Below are positions 44,399 through 63,534 of a stretch of DNA of 64,000 nt, piece after piece. Under the pieces are notes generated by a model that did not search any database, was not told where the DNA came from, and worked only from the letters and a program-made list of their open reading frames with translations. Location of the stretch: the NCBI RefSeq assembly GCF_003334815.1, contig NZ_QOWO01000020.1. The stretch is one strand, 5' to 3'. Source of the DNA: Escherichia coli. GTDB taxonomy: Bacteria > Pseudomonadota > Gammaproteobacteria > Enterobacterales > Enterobacteriaceae. The stretch's first letter is position 1. Every line of letters begins with the position of its first letter. The translations under genes and the position numbers were made by a program.

Positions 44399-45105
44399 CA
44401 GGCATTCCTCTTCTGGCGTTCAAGCCATATTTTCTTCGCCATAAAAATCACCACGGTCAGGGCAAACAGAATAAACAGTCCGGTGACAAACCAGAAAGTA
44501 CCGCCTGTTAACATGCTGCCCGCCCAGGAATAAACAATAGTTGCCGGTAACTGACCAAGCCCGGTGGCGATAAAAAACGAGCGAAAACGTATTGAAGTCA
44601 AACCGGCAGCATAGCTGATTGGATCGAAAGGGACAAAAGGCAATAACCGACAGACCAGAATGGTGTGTTTGCCGTAGCGAGTGAAAAAGCCGTCCATACT
44701 GTCAAGCACGGTTTTGCCGGTTAATTTTTCCACCACTTCGCGGCCCATCACTCTGGCGATAAAAAAGCACAGCGCCGCGCCGGCCATCGAACTGGTCCAC
44801 GACAGCAAGCCGCCCCAGAACGCGCCAAACAGCGACGCATTGGCAAAGGTGATCAAAAACGCAGGTAGCGGTGCAGCAATGGCCTGCAAAATCATCAACA
44901 AGAACGAGACAACTGCCGCCAGTGCGCCGTAAGACTGAATAAAGCGTTCTATACCCTGTTGGTCCACGGCGGCAAACGCCGCAACGCTGCGATTGATAAA
45001 CTCATGGACGCCGGGAAGCAGCGCCCATGCCAGCAGCATAGCGAACAACAGGATGATGAGGGTTATACGGTAGTACCAGATTTTTCGCGATTGCATCATC
45101 ATCAT
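44398..45105 (-). CDS. ydjZ: DedA/TVP38 family inner membrane protein YdjZ
   Basis: ORF track 235 aa. Confidence 0.85.
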   Translation of the reverse strand: MMMMQSRKIWYYRITLIILLFAMLLAWALLPGVHEFINRSVAAFAAVDQQGIERFIQSYGALAAVVSFLLMILQAIAAPLPAFLITFANASLFGAFWGGLLSWTSSMAGAALCFFIARVMGREVVEKLTGKTVLDSMDGFFTRYGKHTILVCRLLPFVPFDPISYAAGLTSIRFRSFFIATGLGQLPATIVYSWAGSMLTGGTFWFVTGLFILFALTVVIFMAKKIWLERQKRNA

Positions 45106-45119
45106 CCTTTATCCTGGCT

Positions 45120-45797
45120 TTATTCGGCGATTTTAAAGGTAACCGTTGCCAGCGTGTTATCCGCCGGGAGAACTGAGGCATTGCCTTTGAATTTAACTTC
45201 ACCACGTTTTTCAACCGCACCATAAGTGTATGTTGCATTGCTGACGATGCCGACCGGGCAGCTATCCAGACACACCAGGCAACCCGTTTTCTTCTCTTCT
45301 GCTGCCGTTAAATTACCGCCAAAGCGCATGTCCAGTTTCTTGCCATTACTGTCAACAATCACTTCATCGAAGGAATACGCTTTTGCCGCCCCTTGCCAGT
45401 TGACCGAAATATCCAGTTTGCTGCCTGTGACATGAGTCGTTTCTTTATTATCCATCGTCATGTTTTCGCCCGGCGTACCACCTGCCTCTTTCAGGGCTTC
45501 ATAAAATGCTTTCGGGGTCGCATAACCCATAAACAGCGATTTATGTCCGTTGGAGCCATCTTTAAACACAATACCGTGACGAGTGTCGTCGGTGAGGAAA
45601 CGACCATTAATTTGCACCAGCATGGTTACCGTATGGTTATTGGCATCGACACGCAGCGGTTGGCTGTTCGAAAGTCCGTCGTATTCCACTTTTGCCGCCG
45701 CATTCTCTTGTTGATCGCAGCCGCTAAGCCCAGCAACAGCCAGTAAACAGAGTGCAGCCAGTCCTTTTTTCCATGACACTGAATAATGTTGCAACAT
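45120..45797 (-). CDS. ydjY: lipoprotein YdjY with Cys-rich ferredoxin-like motif, 225 aa
   Basis: ORF 45120..45959; lipobox LSGC; CLVCLDSCP motif; start at MLQHYSVSWKK. Confidence 0.8.
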   Translation of the reverse strand: MLQHYSVSWKKGLAALCLLAVAGLSGCDQQENAAAKVEYDGLSNSQPLRVDANNHTVTMLVQINGRFLTDDTRHGIVFKDGSNGHKSLFMGYATPKAFYEALKEAGGTPGENMTMDNKETTHVTGSKLDISVNWQGAAKAYSFDEVIVDSNGKKLDMRFGGNLTAAEEKKTGCLVCLDSCPVGIVSNATYTYGAVEKRGEVKFKGNASVLPADNTLATVTFKIAE

Positions 45798-45801
45798 CGT
45801 T

Positions 45802-46512
45802 CTATCCTTCATTTTTTGGGTGAGTAAGTGGGCTGCGGCGCGAAGCAGACAGATCCACATGTTTGTGTCGGGCGTAGAGTTTTGCGAGCTGGACGAGAAT
45901 AAACAGCGCCAGGCCCGCCAGACAGAGTTGTAAAATAAAGCGCAGCGTAATGCCTTCATTGGCGAGATCGCTTGCCATCACGGTATAAATAACAATACCG
46001 GGTAGGGTCGTGAGTGCCGAAATAAGGGTATAAGGCCAGAAGGCGATTGTGGTTAATCCGTAAGCGTAATTTTGAATATTGTAAGGAAACAACGGGATTA
46101 AGCGGGTCAGAATAAGAAAATCAATACCGTTACGCGCAATGCCTTTTTCAATGGCCTGGAAGGTATTGCTATGGCCAACGTATTTCAGCAGTAAATCACG
46201 TCCCAGCCAGCGCGCCAGCAGGAATGAGCACGAGGAGGCCAGCGTGGCGGCAATTAATGAGAGTAGTGTCCCTAAGAGCGGGCCAAAAACTATTCCTCCC
46301 GCGATCACCAGTATGCTTCCTGGTAACAGCAAGAGGGTGGCAATGATGAATAACAGAATATAGAGGCTATAGCCGAAAAATCCGCTCTGGCGGATGAGTG
46401 TCTGTAAGTGGGGTAAATCGGTGAGCAGATCGAATAAACCGAAAGCGTGGATAGCGTAAATGACCAGCGCAAAAATAAGACAGGCAAAAAGAAATTTACG
46501 CTCAGCGTTCAT
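45802..46512 (-). CDS. ydjX: DedA/TVP38 family inner membrane protein YdjX, 236 aa
   Basis: ORF 45802..46560; start at MNAERKFLFAC. Confidence 0.85.
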   Translation of the reverse strand: MNAERKFLFACLIFALVIYAIHAFGLFDLLTDLPHLQTLIRQSGFFGYSLYILLFIIATLLLLPGSILVIAGGIVFGPLLGTLLSLIAATLASSCSFLLARWLGRDLLLKYVGHSNTFQAIEKGIARNGIDFLILTRLIPLFPYNIQNYAYGLTTIAFWPYTLISALTTLPGIVIYTVMASDLANEGITLRFILQLCLAGLALFILVQLAKLYARHKHVDLSASRRSPLTHPKNEG

Positions 46513-46678
46513 CGTGGAGTTTCCTATATCAAACTTGATAATAGAGAAGTGGTCAGACAACTAAAAACGCAGAGACGGTATAACAAAGGACGGCAGGCAA
46601 CAAATCATTACTGACAGTTTGTTGATTTTTCTCAAGGTTAATTCTCCTGACCCAGTTTGAGCCAGGAGAGCTGCTAAA

Positions 46679-47485
46679 TTAGCGGCGGAAGGTCGCCCAG
46701 ACGGGGGCGTGATCGGACGGTTTTTCCATGCTGCGGATTTCATAGTCGATGCCGGTTTCTACGCAACATTCTGCCAGCGGTTGGCTGGCGAGCAGCAGGT
46801 CGATGCGCAGACCACGGTTATCGTCAAAACCTTTTGAGCGGTAATCAAACCATGAGAAACGATCTGCTGTTTGCGGATTCGCATGGCGGAAGGTATCGAC
46901 CAACCCCCAGCTCATCAGCCTGTCCATCCATTCGCGCTCTTCCGGCAGGAAAGAGCATTTACCGGTACGCAGCCAGCGCTTACGGTTTTCTTCGCCAATG
47001 CCGATATCCAGATCTGTAGGGCTGATATTCATATCGCCCATAATCAGTACCGGATTATCACGTTTGAGTTCGGTTTCCAGGTAGTTTTGCAGATTCTGAT
47101 AAAACTGCGCTTTTGCCGGGAATTTTATCGGATGGTCGCGGCTTTCACCCTGCGGGAAGTAACCGTTGATCACGGTGACATTACCCAGCAGTGAGGGGAT
47201 TTCCGCCATAATAATCCGCCGCTGCGCCTCTTCGTCGTCACCGGGAAAGCCGCGACGCACGGCAATCGGCGTCTCTTTGGTCAGCAGCGCCACGCCATAA
47301 TGGCCTTTCTGCCCGTGATAAAACACGTTGTAGCCGAGCTTCGCCACCTCTTCGAGCGGAAACATATCGTCATGAACTTTTGTCTCCTGCAGGCCAATCA
47401 CATCCGGTTGGTGCTTTTCGACGATGGCTTCAAGCTGGTGAGGTCTGGCGCGCAGGCCGTTGATATTAAAAGAGACAAATTTCAT
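46679..47485 (-). CDS. xthA: exodeoxyribonuclease III, 268 aa
   Basis: ORF 46679..47497; start at [14 protein letters not shown]. Confidence 0.95.
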
Positions 47486-47842
47486 AGTCGCTGCCATTTA
47501 TTCAGATAAAGAGTGCGTGGATGGTAGCAGAATTTCGCGTTGCTTACCGCCTGTTGTTAAGTGATTTGATCGATGGTTGTTAATGATGTCAACGATGGCG
47601 CAAAAAATGCCCGCTTTTGGTGCGCGCTGCGTCAGAATGGCGCAGTAATTTCCAGTAAATTTCGTCAATGATCACAATTCCAGAATTATATTTTACTTCT
47701 GCATAACATTGCGTTTTTTATTCTTTTTATTCACCCACATCGCAAACGTATTCACTTTATATGCACTTTAAATGCATATGGTTTGGTTATAACTCCTTGA
47801 TTTCCAGTTAGCCTCCGCCGTTTATGCACTTTTATCACTGGC

Positions 47843-47858
47843 TGGCACGAACCCTGCA
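47843..47858 (+). promoter_or_regulatory. sigma-54 (-24/-12) promoter of the ast operon
   Basis: TGGCACgaaccCTGCA; GG and GC 12 nt apart; about 73 nt upstream of the astC ATG. Confidence 0.6.
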
Positions 47859-47894
47859 ATCTACATTTACAGCGCAAACATTACTTATTATTAA

Positions 47895-53958
<6,064 letters not shown>

Positions 53959-54131
53959 TACTTACCCGCAGAAATCATTCTGCGGGTATTAAGTTGCTTT
54001 CTTATAAATTAATACAGATTAATCCTGGTTATTTGCTTTATTTATCACCAGTCATCCGGTATAGTTCTTCATAATCTCTGCAAAATCATCGTGTTGTAAT
54101 ATTCTCTCATCACTCTCCATCAAATTTTCTT

Positions 54132-54149
54132 TTTTTCTCCATAATTGGC
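54132..54149 (+). promoter_or_regulatory. candidate BaeR box in the spy promoter
   Basis: TTTTTCTCCATAATTGGC about 140 bp upstream of spy; matches remembered BaeR consensus. Confidence 0.4.
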
Positions 54150-54202
54150 GCAAAAGTGTTTTTTACACTTTCATTGTTTTACCGTTGCTCTGATTAATTG
54201 AC

Positions 54203-54217
54203 GCTAAAGTCAGTAAA
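54203..54217 (+). promoter_or_regulatory. candidate CpxR tandem site in the spy promoter
   Basis: GCTAAAgtcaGTAAAG, resembling GTAAA-N5-GTAAA. Confidence 0.35.
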
Positions 54218-54287
54218 GTTAATCTCGTCAACACGGCACGCTACTTAAGAAAGCCGTAATAAATAACTGAAAGGAAGGATATAGAAT

Positions 54288-54773
54288 ATGCGTAAATTAA
54301 CTGCACTGTTTGTTGCCTCTACCCTGGCTCTTGGCGCGGCTAACCTGGCCCATGCCGCAGACACCACTACCGCAGCACCGGCTGACGCGAAGCCGATGAT
54401 GCACCACAAAGGCAAGTTCGGTCCGCATCAGGACATGATGTTCAAAGACCTGAACCTGACCGACGCGCAGAAACAGCAGATCCGCGAAATCATGAAAGGC
54501 CAGCGTGACCAGATGAAACGTCCGCCGCTGGAAGAACGCCGCGCAATGCATGACATCATTGCCAGCGATACCTTCGATAAAGTAAAAGCTGAAGCGCAGA
54601 TCGCAAAAATGGAAGAACAGCGCAAAGCTAACATGCTGGCGCACATGGAAACCCAGAACAAAATTTACAACATCCTGACGCCGGAACAGAAAAAGCAATT
54701 TAATGCTAATTTTGAGAAGCGTCTGACAGAACGTCCAGCGGCAAAAGGTAAAATGCCTGCAACTGCTGAATAA
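54288..54773 (+). CDS. spy: periplasmic ATP-independent chaperone Spy
   Basis: ORF track 161 aa; signal peptide; LTDAQKQQIREIMK motif. Confidence 0.95.
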   Translation: MRKLTALFVASTLALGAANLAHAADTTTAAPADAKPMMHHKGKFGPHQDMMFKDLNLTDAQKQQIREIMKGQRDQMKRPPLEERRAMHDIIASDTFDKVKAEAQIAKMEEQRKANMLAHMETQNKIYNILTPEQKKQFNANFEKRLTERPAAKGKMPATAE

Positions 54774-54794
54774 TCTTTCAGCCAAAAAACTTAA

Positions 54795-54858
54795 GACCGC
54801 CGGTCTTGTCCACTACCTTGCAGTAATGCGGTGGACAGGATCGGCGGTTTTCTTTTCT
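54795..54858 (+). terminator. intrinsic terminator downstream of spy
   Basis: 18-bp stem accgccggtcttgtccac/gtggacaggatcggcggt followed by tttcttttctc. Confidence 0.6.
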
Positions 54859-54897
54859 CTTCTCAAACAGTTGTAAAAAAAGCCTGATCACCACTAA

Positions 54898-56398
<1,501 letters not shown>

Positions 56399-56494
56399 TG
56401 TTGACTCCGAATGCTGGTTATCTATCCAGTGTAACAGGCGGGAAGCGATTAAAAAAGAGGCGGGTCGATGACAAAGGTTACACCGTCTGACGTG

Positions 56495-56590
56495 CTACGC
56501 CTGTCAGGCCTATTCGACTCCTGCAATGTATTGAATTTGCATAGTTTTATAGGTCGAATAAGGCGTTCACGCCGCATCCGGCGTGAACAA
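56495..56590. repeat. RIP-type BIME (REP, IHF-site core, REP) between cho and nadE
   Basis: gcctgtcaggcctat ... tgcaatgtattgaatttgcatag ... ggcgttcacgccgcatccggcgtgaac. Confidence 0.6.
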
Positions 56591-56627
56591 ATTACTCTTT
56601 TTCGCACAATCCAATATGTGCAAATTA

Positions 56628-57455
56628 TTACTTTTTCCAGAAATCATCGAAAACGGTAATTGGCGGACGGCGTTTATGTTCGGTTTTCAGATACCAGTTC
56701 TCTATTGTTCTGGCGACCTGTTGAGGTACGTTTTTCCCTTCCAGATAGTCGTCGATATTGTCATAGGTCACGCCGAGTGCCACTTCATCTGGCAGAGAAG
56801 GGCGATCATCTTCCAGATCGGCCGTTGGCGCTTTCTTATAAAGGTGTTCCGGGCAAGCTAATGCCGCCAGTAACTGTTTACCCTGACGTTTGTTGAGACG
56901 ATACAGCGGATTAATGTCCGTACCGCCGTCACCATATTTAGTGAAGAATCCGGTAATGGCTTCTGCTGCATGATCGGTGCCCACCACGACACCGCTGGTC
57001 ATACCCGCAATGCTATATTGTGCTTTCATCCGCTCACGCGCTTTTTCATTGCCACGGACAAAATCGCTCAGTTCAATGCCTGCTTCCCGCAATGCCTGTT
57101 CGCTGGCCAATACCGCGCCCTTGATATTAACGGTTAATACGCGATCCGGTTGAATAAAGGCAATGGCATCCTGGCAATCTTGTTCGTCGGCCTGAACACC
57201 ATAGGGCAGGCGTACGGCAATAAATTGCAGTGATTCGTTGCCGGTTTCCAGGCGCAGCTCATTAATCGCCATCTGGCACAGCTTTCCGGCAAGCGTGGAG
57301 TCCTGACCGCCGCTGATCCCGAGCACCAGTGATTTAATGAACGGATAAGTTTGCAGGTAGCTTTTCAGAAAATCGACACTACGACGAATTTCCTCTTCAG
57401 CATTAATCTGCGGTTTTGCGCCCAGCGCCTTTATTATTTGTTGTTGCAATGTCAT
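56628..57455 (-). CDS. nadE: NH3-dependent NAD+ synthetase
   Basis: ORF track 275 aa; SGGQDS motif. Confidence 0.95.
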
Positions 57456-57656
57456 TGAACCCCTCCAGACAGAAAAGACAAAACTTCCTTAAAGCTAACC
57501 CGTTGCTACTGAAACGACAAGCGACAGCGGGCTGAATGGTGGTTAAAACGTCATACAGGAATCCTCTGAAAGCGGAGCCGTTTCGTTCACGGGCTTGAAA
57601 AAGCGCCCAATGTATTCCAGGCTTATCTAACACGCTGATAAACAAGAGGACGGAAT

Positions 57657-57995
57657 ATGAACAAGAATATGGCAGGAATTCTGAGTGCAGCGGCGGTATT
57701 AACCATGCTGGCGGGTTGTACGGCTTATGATCGTACCAAAGACCAGTTTGTACAGCCTGTGGTGAAAGACGTCAAAAAAGGCATGAGCCGGGCGCAGGTT
57801 GCACAAATTGCGGGTAAACCTTCGTCTGAAGTGAGCATGATCCATGCTCGCGGTACTTGCCAGACCTACATCCTGGGTCAACGTGATGGTAAAGCAGAAA
57901 CCTACTTTGTCGCGTTAGATGATACCGGACATGTCATCAACTCCGGTTATCAGACCTGTGCTGAATACGACACTGATCCACAGGCTGCGAAGTAA
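57657..57995 (+). CDS. osmE: osmotically inducible lipoprotein E
   Basis: ORF track 112 aa; lipobox LAGC. Confidence 0.9.
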
Positions 57996-58026
57996 TCAAT
58001 TCGTCTGAAAGCTTGAGTAACAACGG

Positions 58027-58053
58027 AAACCGGCCATTGCGCCGGTTTTTTTT
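58027..58053 (+). terminator. intrinsic terminator downstream of osmE
   Basis: aaaccggccattgcgccggtttttttt. Confidence 0.65.
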
Positions 58054-58293
58054 GGCCTGAGTTCTTAATTATCTTCGCGAATTATTTGCCCGAAATGTGA
58101 AGAGGGTCATAACCACAGGTCAAGGAGAAACAATTTATAAGGTCAAAGAAATACTATTGCTCAGGTCTATACCGTATACTCCTTTCAGCCACAAAAAAAG
58201 TCATGTTGGTTTCGCAAGTTACCCAGAGCATGGAAGCAGGTTAAGGCTTGCGGAGTGTCTGGCTGACAGATAATCGTCGATGAGGGCAGTTTT

Positions 58294-58614
58294 ATGGAAA
58301 AGAAACACATTTATCTGTTTTGTTCTGCGGGCATGTCTACCTCTTTACTGGTATCAAAAATGCGCGCACAGGCAGAAAAATATGAAGTTCCGGTCATTAT
58401 TGAAGCATTTCCGGAAACACTGGCTGGTGAAAAAGGTCAGAATGCCGATGTCGTGTTATTAGGGCCGCAGATTGCTTATATGTTGCCCGAAATCCAGCGT
58501 TTGTTACCCAACAAACCGGTTGAAGTAATTGACTCGCTGCTTTATGGCAAAGTCGATGGTTTAGGCGTGCTTAAGGCTGCGGTTGCAGCGATTAAAAAAG
58601 CCGCAGCAAATTAA
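58294..58614 (+). CDS. chbB: PTS chitobiose-specific EIIB
   Basis: ORF track 106 aa; CSAGMSTS phosphorylation-site motif. Confidence 0.95.
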   Translation: MEKKHIYLFCSAGMSTSLLVSKMRAQAEKYEVPVIIEAFPETLAGEKGQNADVVLLGPQIAYMLPEIQRLLPNKPVEVIDSLLYGKVDGLGVLKAAVAAIKKAAAN

Positions 58615-58629
58615 TTTATTTTAAATTTT

Positions 58630-58641
58630 CCCGTCAAAGAG
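58630..58641 (+). promoter_or_regulatory. ChiX sRNA pairing (decoy) site in the chbB-chbC spacer
   Basis: CCCGTCAAAGAG is complementary to the remembered ChiX seed CUCUUUGACGGG; a hairpin plus T-run follows at about 58660-58685. Confidence 0.55.
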
Positions 58642-58698
58642 TTATTTCATAAATCAATACCGCAATATTTAAATTGCGGTTTTTAAGGGTATTTTTCT

Positions 58699-60057
58699 AT
58701 GAGTAATGTTATTGCATCGCTTGAAAAGGTACTCCTCCCTTTTGCAGTTAAAATAGGAAAGCAGCCACACGTTAATGCAATCAAAAATGGCTTTATTCGC
58801 TTAATGCCGTTAACCCTTGCGGGGGCCATGTTTGTATTAATTAACAACGTTTTTCTAAGCTTTGGGGAGGGGTCGTTTTTTTATTCCTTAGGTATTCGCC
58901 TCGACGCCTCAACCATTGAAACACTTAATGGTCTGAAAGGTATTGGCGGCAACGTATATAACGGAACATTAGGAATAATGTCTTTAATGGCACCGTTCTT
59001 TATTGGCATGGCGCTGGCAGAAGAGCGTAAAGTCGATGCGCTGGCGGCTGGGTTGTTATCCGTTGCAGCATTTATGACCGTCACCCCATATAGTGTCGGT
59101 GAGGCCTATGCGGTTGGTGCAAACTGGTTAGGTGGGGCGAATATCATCTCCGGGATTATTATTGGCCTGGTGGTGGCAGAAATGTTTACCTTTATTGTCC
59201 GCCGCAATTGGGTCATTAAACTGCCCGACAGCGTACCTGCTTCAGTATCGCGTTCCTTCTCGGCATTAATTCCCGGCTTTATTATTCTTTCCGTGATGGG
59301 GATTATTGCCTGGGCGTTGAATACCTGGGGCACCAACTTCCATCAGATCATTATGGATACCATCTCAACCCCACTGGCATCGTTGGGTAGCGTGGTGGGC
59401 TGGGCCTATGTGATCTTTGTTCCACTGCTCTGGTTCTTCGGTATTCATGGCGCGCTGGCGCTGACCGCACTGGACAACGGCATTATGACGCCGTGGGCAC
59501 TGGAAAATATCGCGACCTATCAGCAATATGGTTCCGTCGAAGCGGCGCTGGCAGCCGGTAAGACCTTCCATATCTGGGCCAAGCCGATGCTGGACTCCTT
59601 TATTTTCCTTGGGGGCAGTGGTGCGACTTTAGGCCTGATCCTGGCTATCTTTATCGCCTCTCGCCGTGCTGATTATCGTCAGGTGGCAAAACTGGCGCTG
59701 CCGTCCGGCATCTTCCAGATTAACGAACCGATTCTGTTTGGTCTGCCAATTATCATGAACCCGGTGATGTTTATCCCGTTTGTACTGGTACAACCGATTC
59801 TGGCGGCAATCACCCTCGCAGCGTACTACATGGGCATTATTCCTCCGGTGACCAATATTGCACCGTGGACCATGCCAACCGGTCTGGGAGCCTTCTTTAA
59901 CACCAACGGTAGCGTCGCCGCATTGCTGGTCGCACTCTTCAACCTTGGCATCGCAACGTTAATTTATCTGCCCTTTGTTGTGGTGGCTAACAAAGCACAA
60001 AATGCGATTGATAAAGAAGAGAGCGAAGAAGATATCGCTAACGCCCTGAAATTTTAA
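58699..60057 (+). CDS. chbC: PTS chitobiose-specific EIIC
   Basis: ORF track 452 aa. Confidence 0.95.
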
Positions 60058-60107
60058 TCGATGCCGGTACGGGTAATCGTGCCGGTAAGAAAAGAGAGGA
60101 ACGATGT

Positions 60108-60458
60108 ATGATGGATCTCGATAACATTCCCGATACGCAAACGGAAGCTGAAGAGCTGGAAGAAGTGGTGATGGGGCTGATCATCAACTCCGGACAAGCG
60201 CGCAGCCTGGCGTATGCGGCACTGAAACAGGCGAAGCAGGGCGATTTTGCCGCAGCAAAAGCCATGATGGATCAGTCACGGATGGCATTGAATGAAGCGC
60301 ATCTGGTACAGACGAAACTGATTGAAGGCGATGCGGGCGAAGGTAAGATGAAAGTGAGTCTGGTGCTGGTCCACGCTCAGGATCATTTAATGACGTCCAT
60401 GCTTGCGCGTGAACTGATTACTGAATTAATTGAGCTTCATGAAAAACTGAAGGCATAA
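60108..60458 (+). CDS. chbA: PTS chitobiose-specific EIIA
   Basis: ORF track 116 aa. Confidence 0.95.
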   Translation: MMDLDNIPDTQTEAEELEEVVMGLIINSGQARSLAYAALKQAKQGDFAAAKAMMDQSRMALNEAHLVQTKLIEGDAGEGKMKVSLVLVHAQDHLMTSMLARELITELIELHEKLKA

Positions 60459-60465
60459 GGAGTCG

Positions 60466-61308
60466 ATGATGCAGCCAGTGATTAACGCGCCGGAAATTGC
60501 CACTGCCCGAGAACAGCAGTTGTTTAATGGCAAAAACTTCCATGTGTTTATCTATAACAAAACTGAGAGTATCAGCGGACTGCATCAGCACGACTATTAT
60601 GAATTTACTCTGGTATTAACCGGGCGTTATTTCCAGGAGATTAACGGTAAGCGCGTGTTACTGGAACGGGGCGATTTTGTTTTTATTCCGTTAGGTTCGC
60701 ACCATCAAAGTTTTTATGAGTTTGGTGCCACGCGCATATTGAACGTTGGGATCAGTAAACGCTTTTTTGAGCAGCATTACCTGCCATTGTTGCCTTATTG
60801 CTTTGTCGCTTCGCAGGTATACCGGACCAATAACGCTTTTCTCACCTATGTGGAAACAGTGATTTCTTCATTGAATTTCCGCGAAACAGGGCTGGAAGAG
60901 TTTGTTGAGATGGTTACTTTTTATGTCATTAACCGTTTACGTCATTACCGCGAAGAACAGGTGATTGATGATGTACCGCAGTGGCTGAAAAGTACGGTAG
61001 AAAAGATGCATGATAAAGAGCAGTTTAGTGAATCGGCGCTGGAGAATATGGTGGCGTTGTCAGCCAAATTACAGGAATATTTGACGCGAGCGACTCAACG
61101 ATATTATGGCAAAACGCCAATGCAGATTATTAATGAAATCCGTATTAATTTTGCCAAAAAACAACTGGAAATGACCAACTATTCAGTGACGGATATTGCG
61201 TTTGAGGCCGGTTATAGTAGCCCGAGTTTGTTTATTAAAACGTTTAAGAAATTAACGTCCTTTACGCCTAAGAGCTATCGTAAGAAATTGACTGAATTTA
61301 ATCAGTAA
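60466..61308 (+). CDS. chbR: AraC-family dual regulator of the chb operon
   Basis: ORF track 280 aa. Confidence 0.9.
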   Translation: MMQPVINAPEIATAREQQLFNGKNFHVFIYNKTESISGLHQHDYYEFTLVLTGRYFQEINGKRVLLERGDFVFIPLGSHHQSFYEFGATRILNVGISKRFFEQHYLPLLPYCFVASQVYRTNNAFLTYVETVISSLNFRETGLEEFVEMVTFYVINRLRHYREEQVIDDVPQWLKSTVEKMHDKEQFSESALENMVALSAKLQEYLTRATQRYYGKTPMQIINEIRINFAKKQLEMTNYSVTDIAFEAGYSSPSLFIKTFKKLTSFTPKSYRKKLTEFNQ

Positions 61309-61412
61309 GTCGTTATACCTGACAATTCACATATCTGTCCTGTTGCTGGATTATTTATGTCCGGGGGGGCAGATATGCCAGATATCAGTATTCTGTACTG
61401 AAGGGAGAAATT

Positions 61413-62765
61413 ATGAGCCAGAAATTAAAAGTCGTCACTATTGGTGGCGGGAGCAGCTATACCCCGGAGTTACTGGAAGGATTTATTAAGCGTTATCACG
61501 AATTGCCGGTCAGCGAATTATGGCTGGTGGATGTCGAAGGTGGTAAAGCGAAACTGGATATTATTTTCGATCTCTGCCAACGGATGATTGATAACGCTGG
61601 CGTCCCGATGAAGCTTTATAAAACGCTGGATCGCCGCGAAGCATTGAAAGATGCTGATTTCGTTACTACCCAACTGCGCGTTGGCCAATTACCGGCGCGT
61701 GAACTGGATGAACGTATTCCATTAAGTCATGGTTATCTTGGTCAGGAAACCAACGGCGCGGGCGGTTTGTTTAAAGGTCTGCGTACCATTCCGGTGATTT
61801 TTGACATCGTAAAAGATGTCGAAGAACTTTGTCCGAATGCATGGGTGATTAACTTCACTAACCCGGCGGGAATGGTCACTGAAGCCGTTTATCGTCATAC
61901 CGGATTTAAACGCTTTATCGGCGTGTGTAATATTCCGATCGGCATGAAGATGTTTATTCGCGATGTTCTGATGCTGAAAGACAGCGATGATTTATCTATC
62001 GATTTGTTCGGCCTCAACCATATGGTGTTCATTAAGGATGTGCTGGTAAATGGCAAGTCGCGCTTTGCCGAATTGCTTGATGGTGTGGCGTCAGGGCAGT
62101 TAAAAGCGTCCTCTGTAAAAAATATTTTCGATCTGCCATTTAGTGAGGGCTTAATTCGTTCGTTGAATCTGCTGCCATGTTCTTATCTGCTGTATTACTT
62201 CAAGCAGAAAGAGATGCTGGCTATTGAAATGGGCGAATACTACAAAGGCGGCGCACGAGCGCAGGTAGTACAGAAAGTCGAGAAACAACTTTTTGAGCTG
62301 TATAAAAATCCTGAGCTGAAAGTTAAGCCGAAAGAACTGGAACAGCGCGGTGGGGCTTATTACTCTGATGCAGCATGCGAAGTGATCAACGCTATCTACA
62401 ACGACAAGCAAGCAGAACATTACGTTAATATCCCGCATCATGGGCAGATTGATAATATTCCGGCAGACTGGGCAGTAGAAATGACCTGTAAGCTGGGGCG
62501 CGATGGCGCGACGCCACATCCGCGCATTACGCATTTCGATGATAAAGTAATGGGGCTGATTCACACCATTAAAGGCTTCGAGATTGCTGCCAGTAACGCC
62601 GCACTTAGCGGAGAATTTAACGATGTGTTACTGGCGCTAAACCTTAGTCCGTTGGTGCATTCCGATCGCGATGCTGAGCTGCTGGCACGCGAGATGATTC
62701 TGGCGCACGAGAAATGGCTGCCAAACTTTGCCGACTGCATCGCAGAGCTTAAAAAAGCACATTAA
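61413..62765 (+). CDS. chbF: family GH4 NAD/Mn-dependent 6-phospho-beta-glucosidase
   Basis: ORF track 450 aa; N-terminal GGGSSYTPE Rossmann motif. Confidence 0.95.
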   Translation: MSQKLKVVTIGGGSSYTPELLEGFIKRYHELPVSELWLVDVEGGKAKLDIIFDLCQRMIDNAGVPMKLYKTLDRREALKDADFVTTQLRVGQLPARELDERIPLSHGYLGQETNGAGGLFKGLRTIPVIFDIVKDVEELCPNAWVINFTNPAGMVTEAVYRHTGFKRFIGVCNIPIGMKMFIRDVLMLKDSDDLSIDLFGLNHMVFIKDVLVNGKSRFAELLDGVASGQLKASSVKNIFDLPFSEGLIRSLNLLPCSYLLYYFKQKEMLAIEMGEYYKGGARAQVVQKVEKQLFELYKNPELKVKPKELEQRGGAYYSDAACEVINAIYNDKQAEHYVNIPHHGQIDNIPADWAVEMTCKLGRDGATPHPRITHFDDKVMGLIHTIKGFEIAASNAALSGEFNDVLLALNLSPLVHSDRDAELLAREMILAHEKWLPNFADCIAELKKAH

Positions 62766-63527
<762 letters not shown>

Positions 63528-63534
63528 GTGAGGA

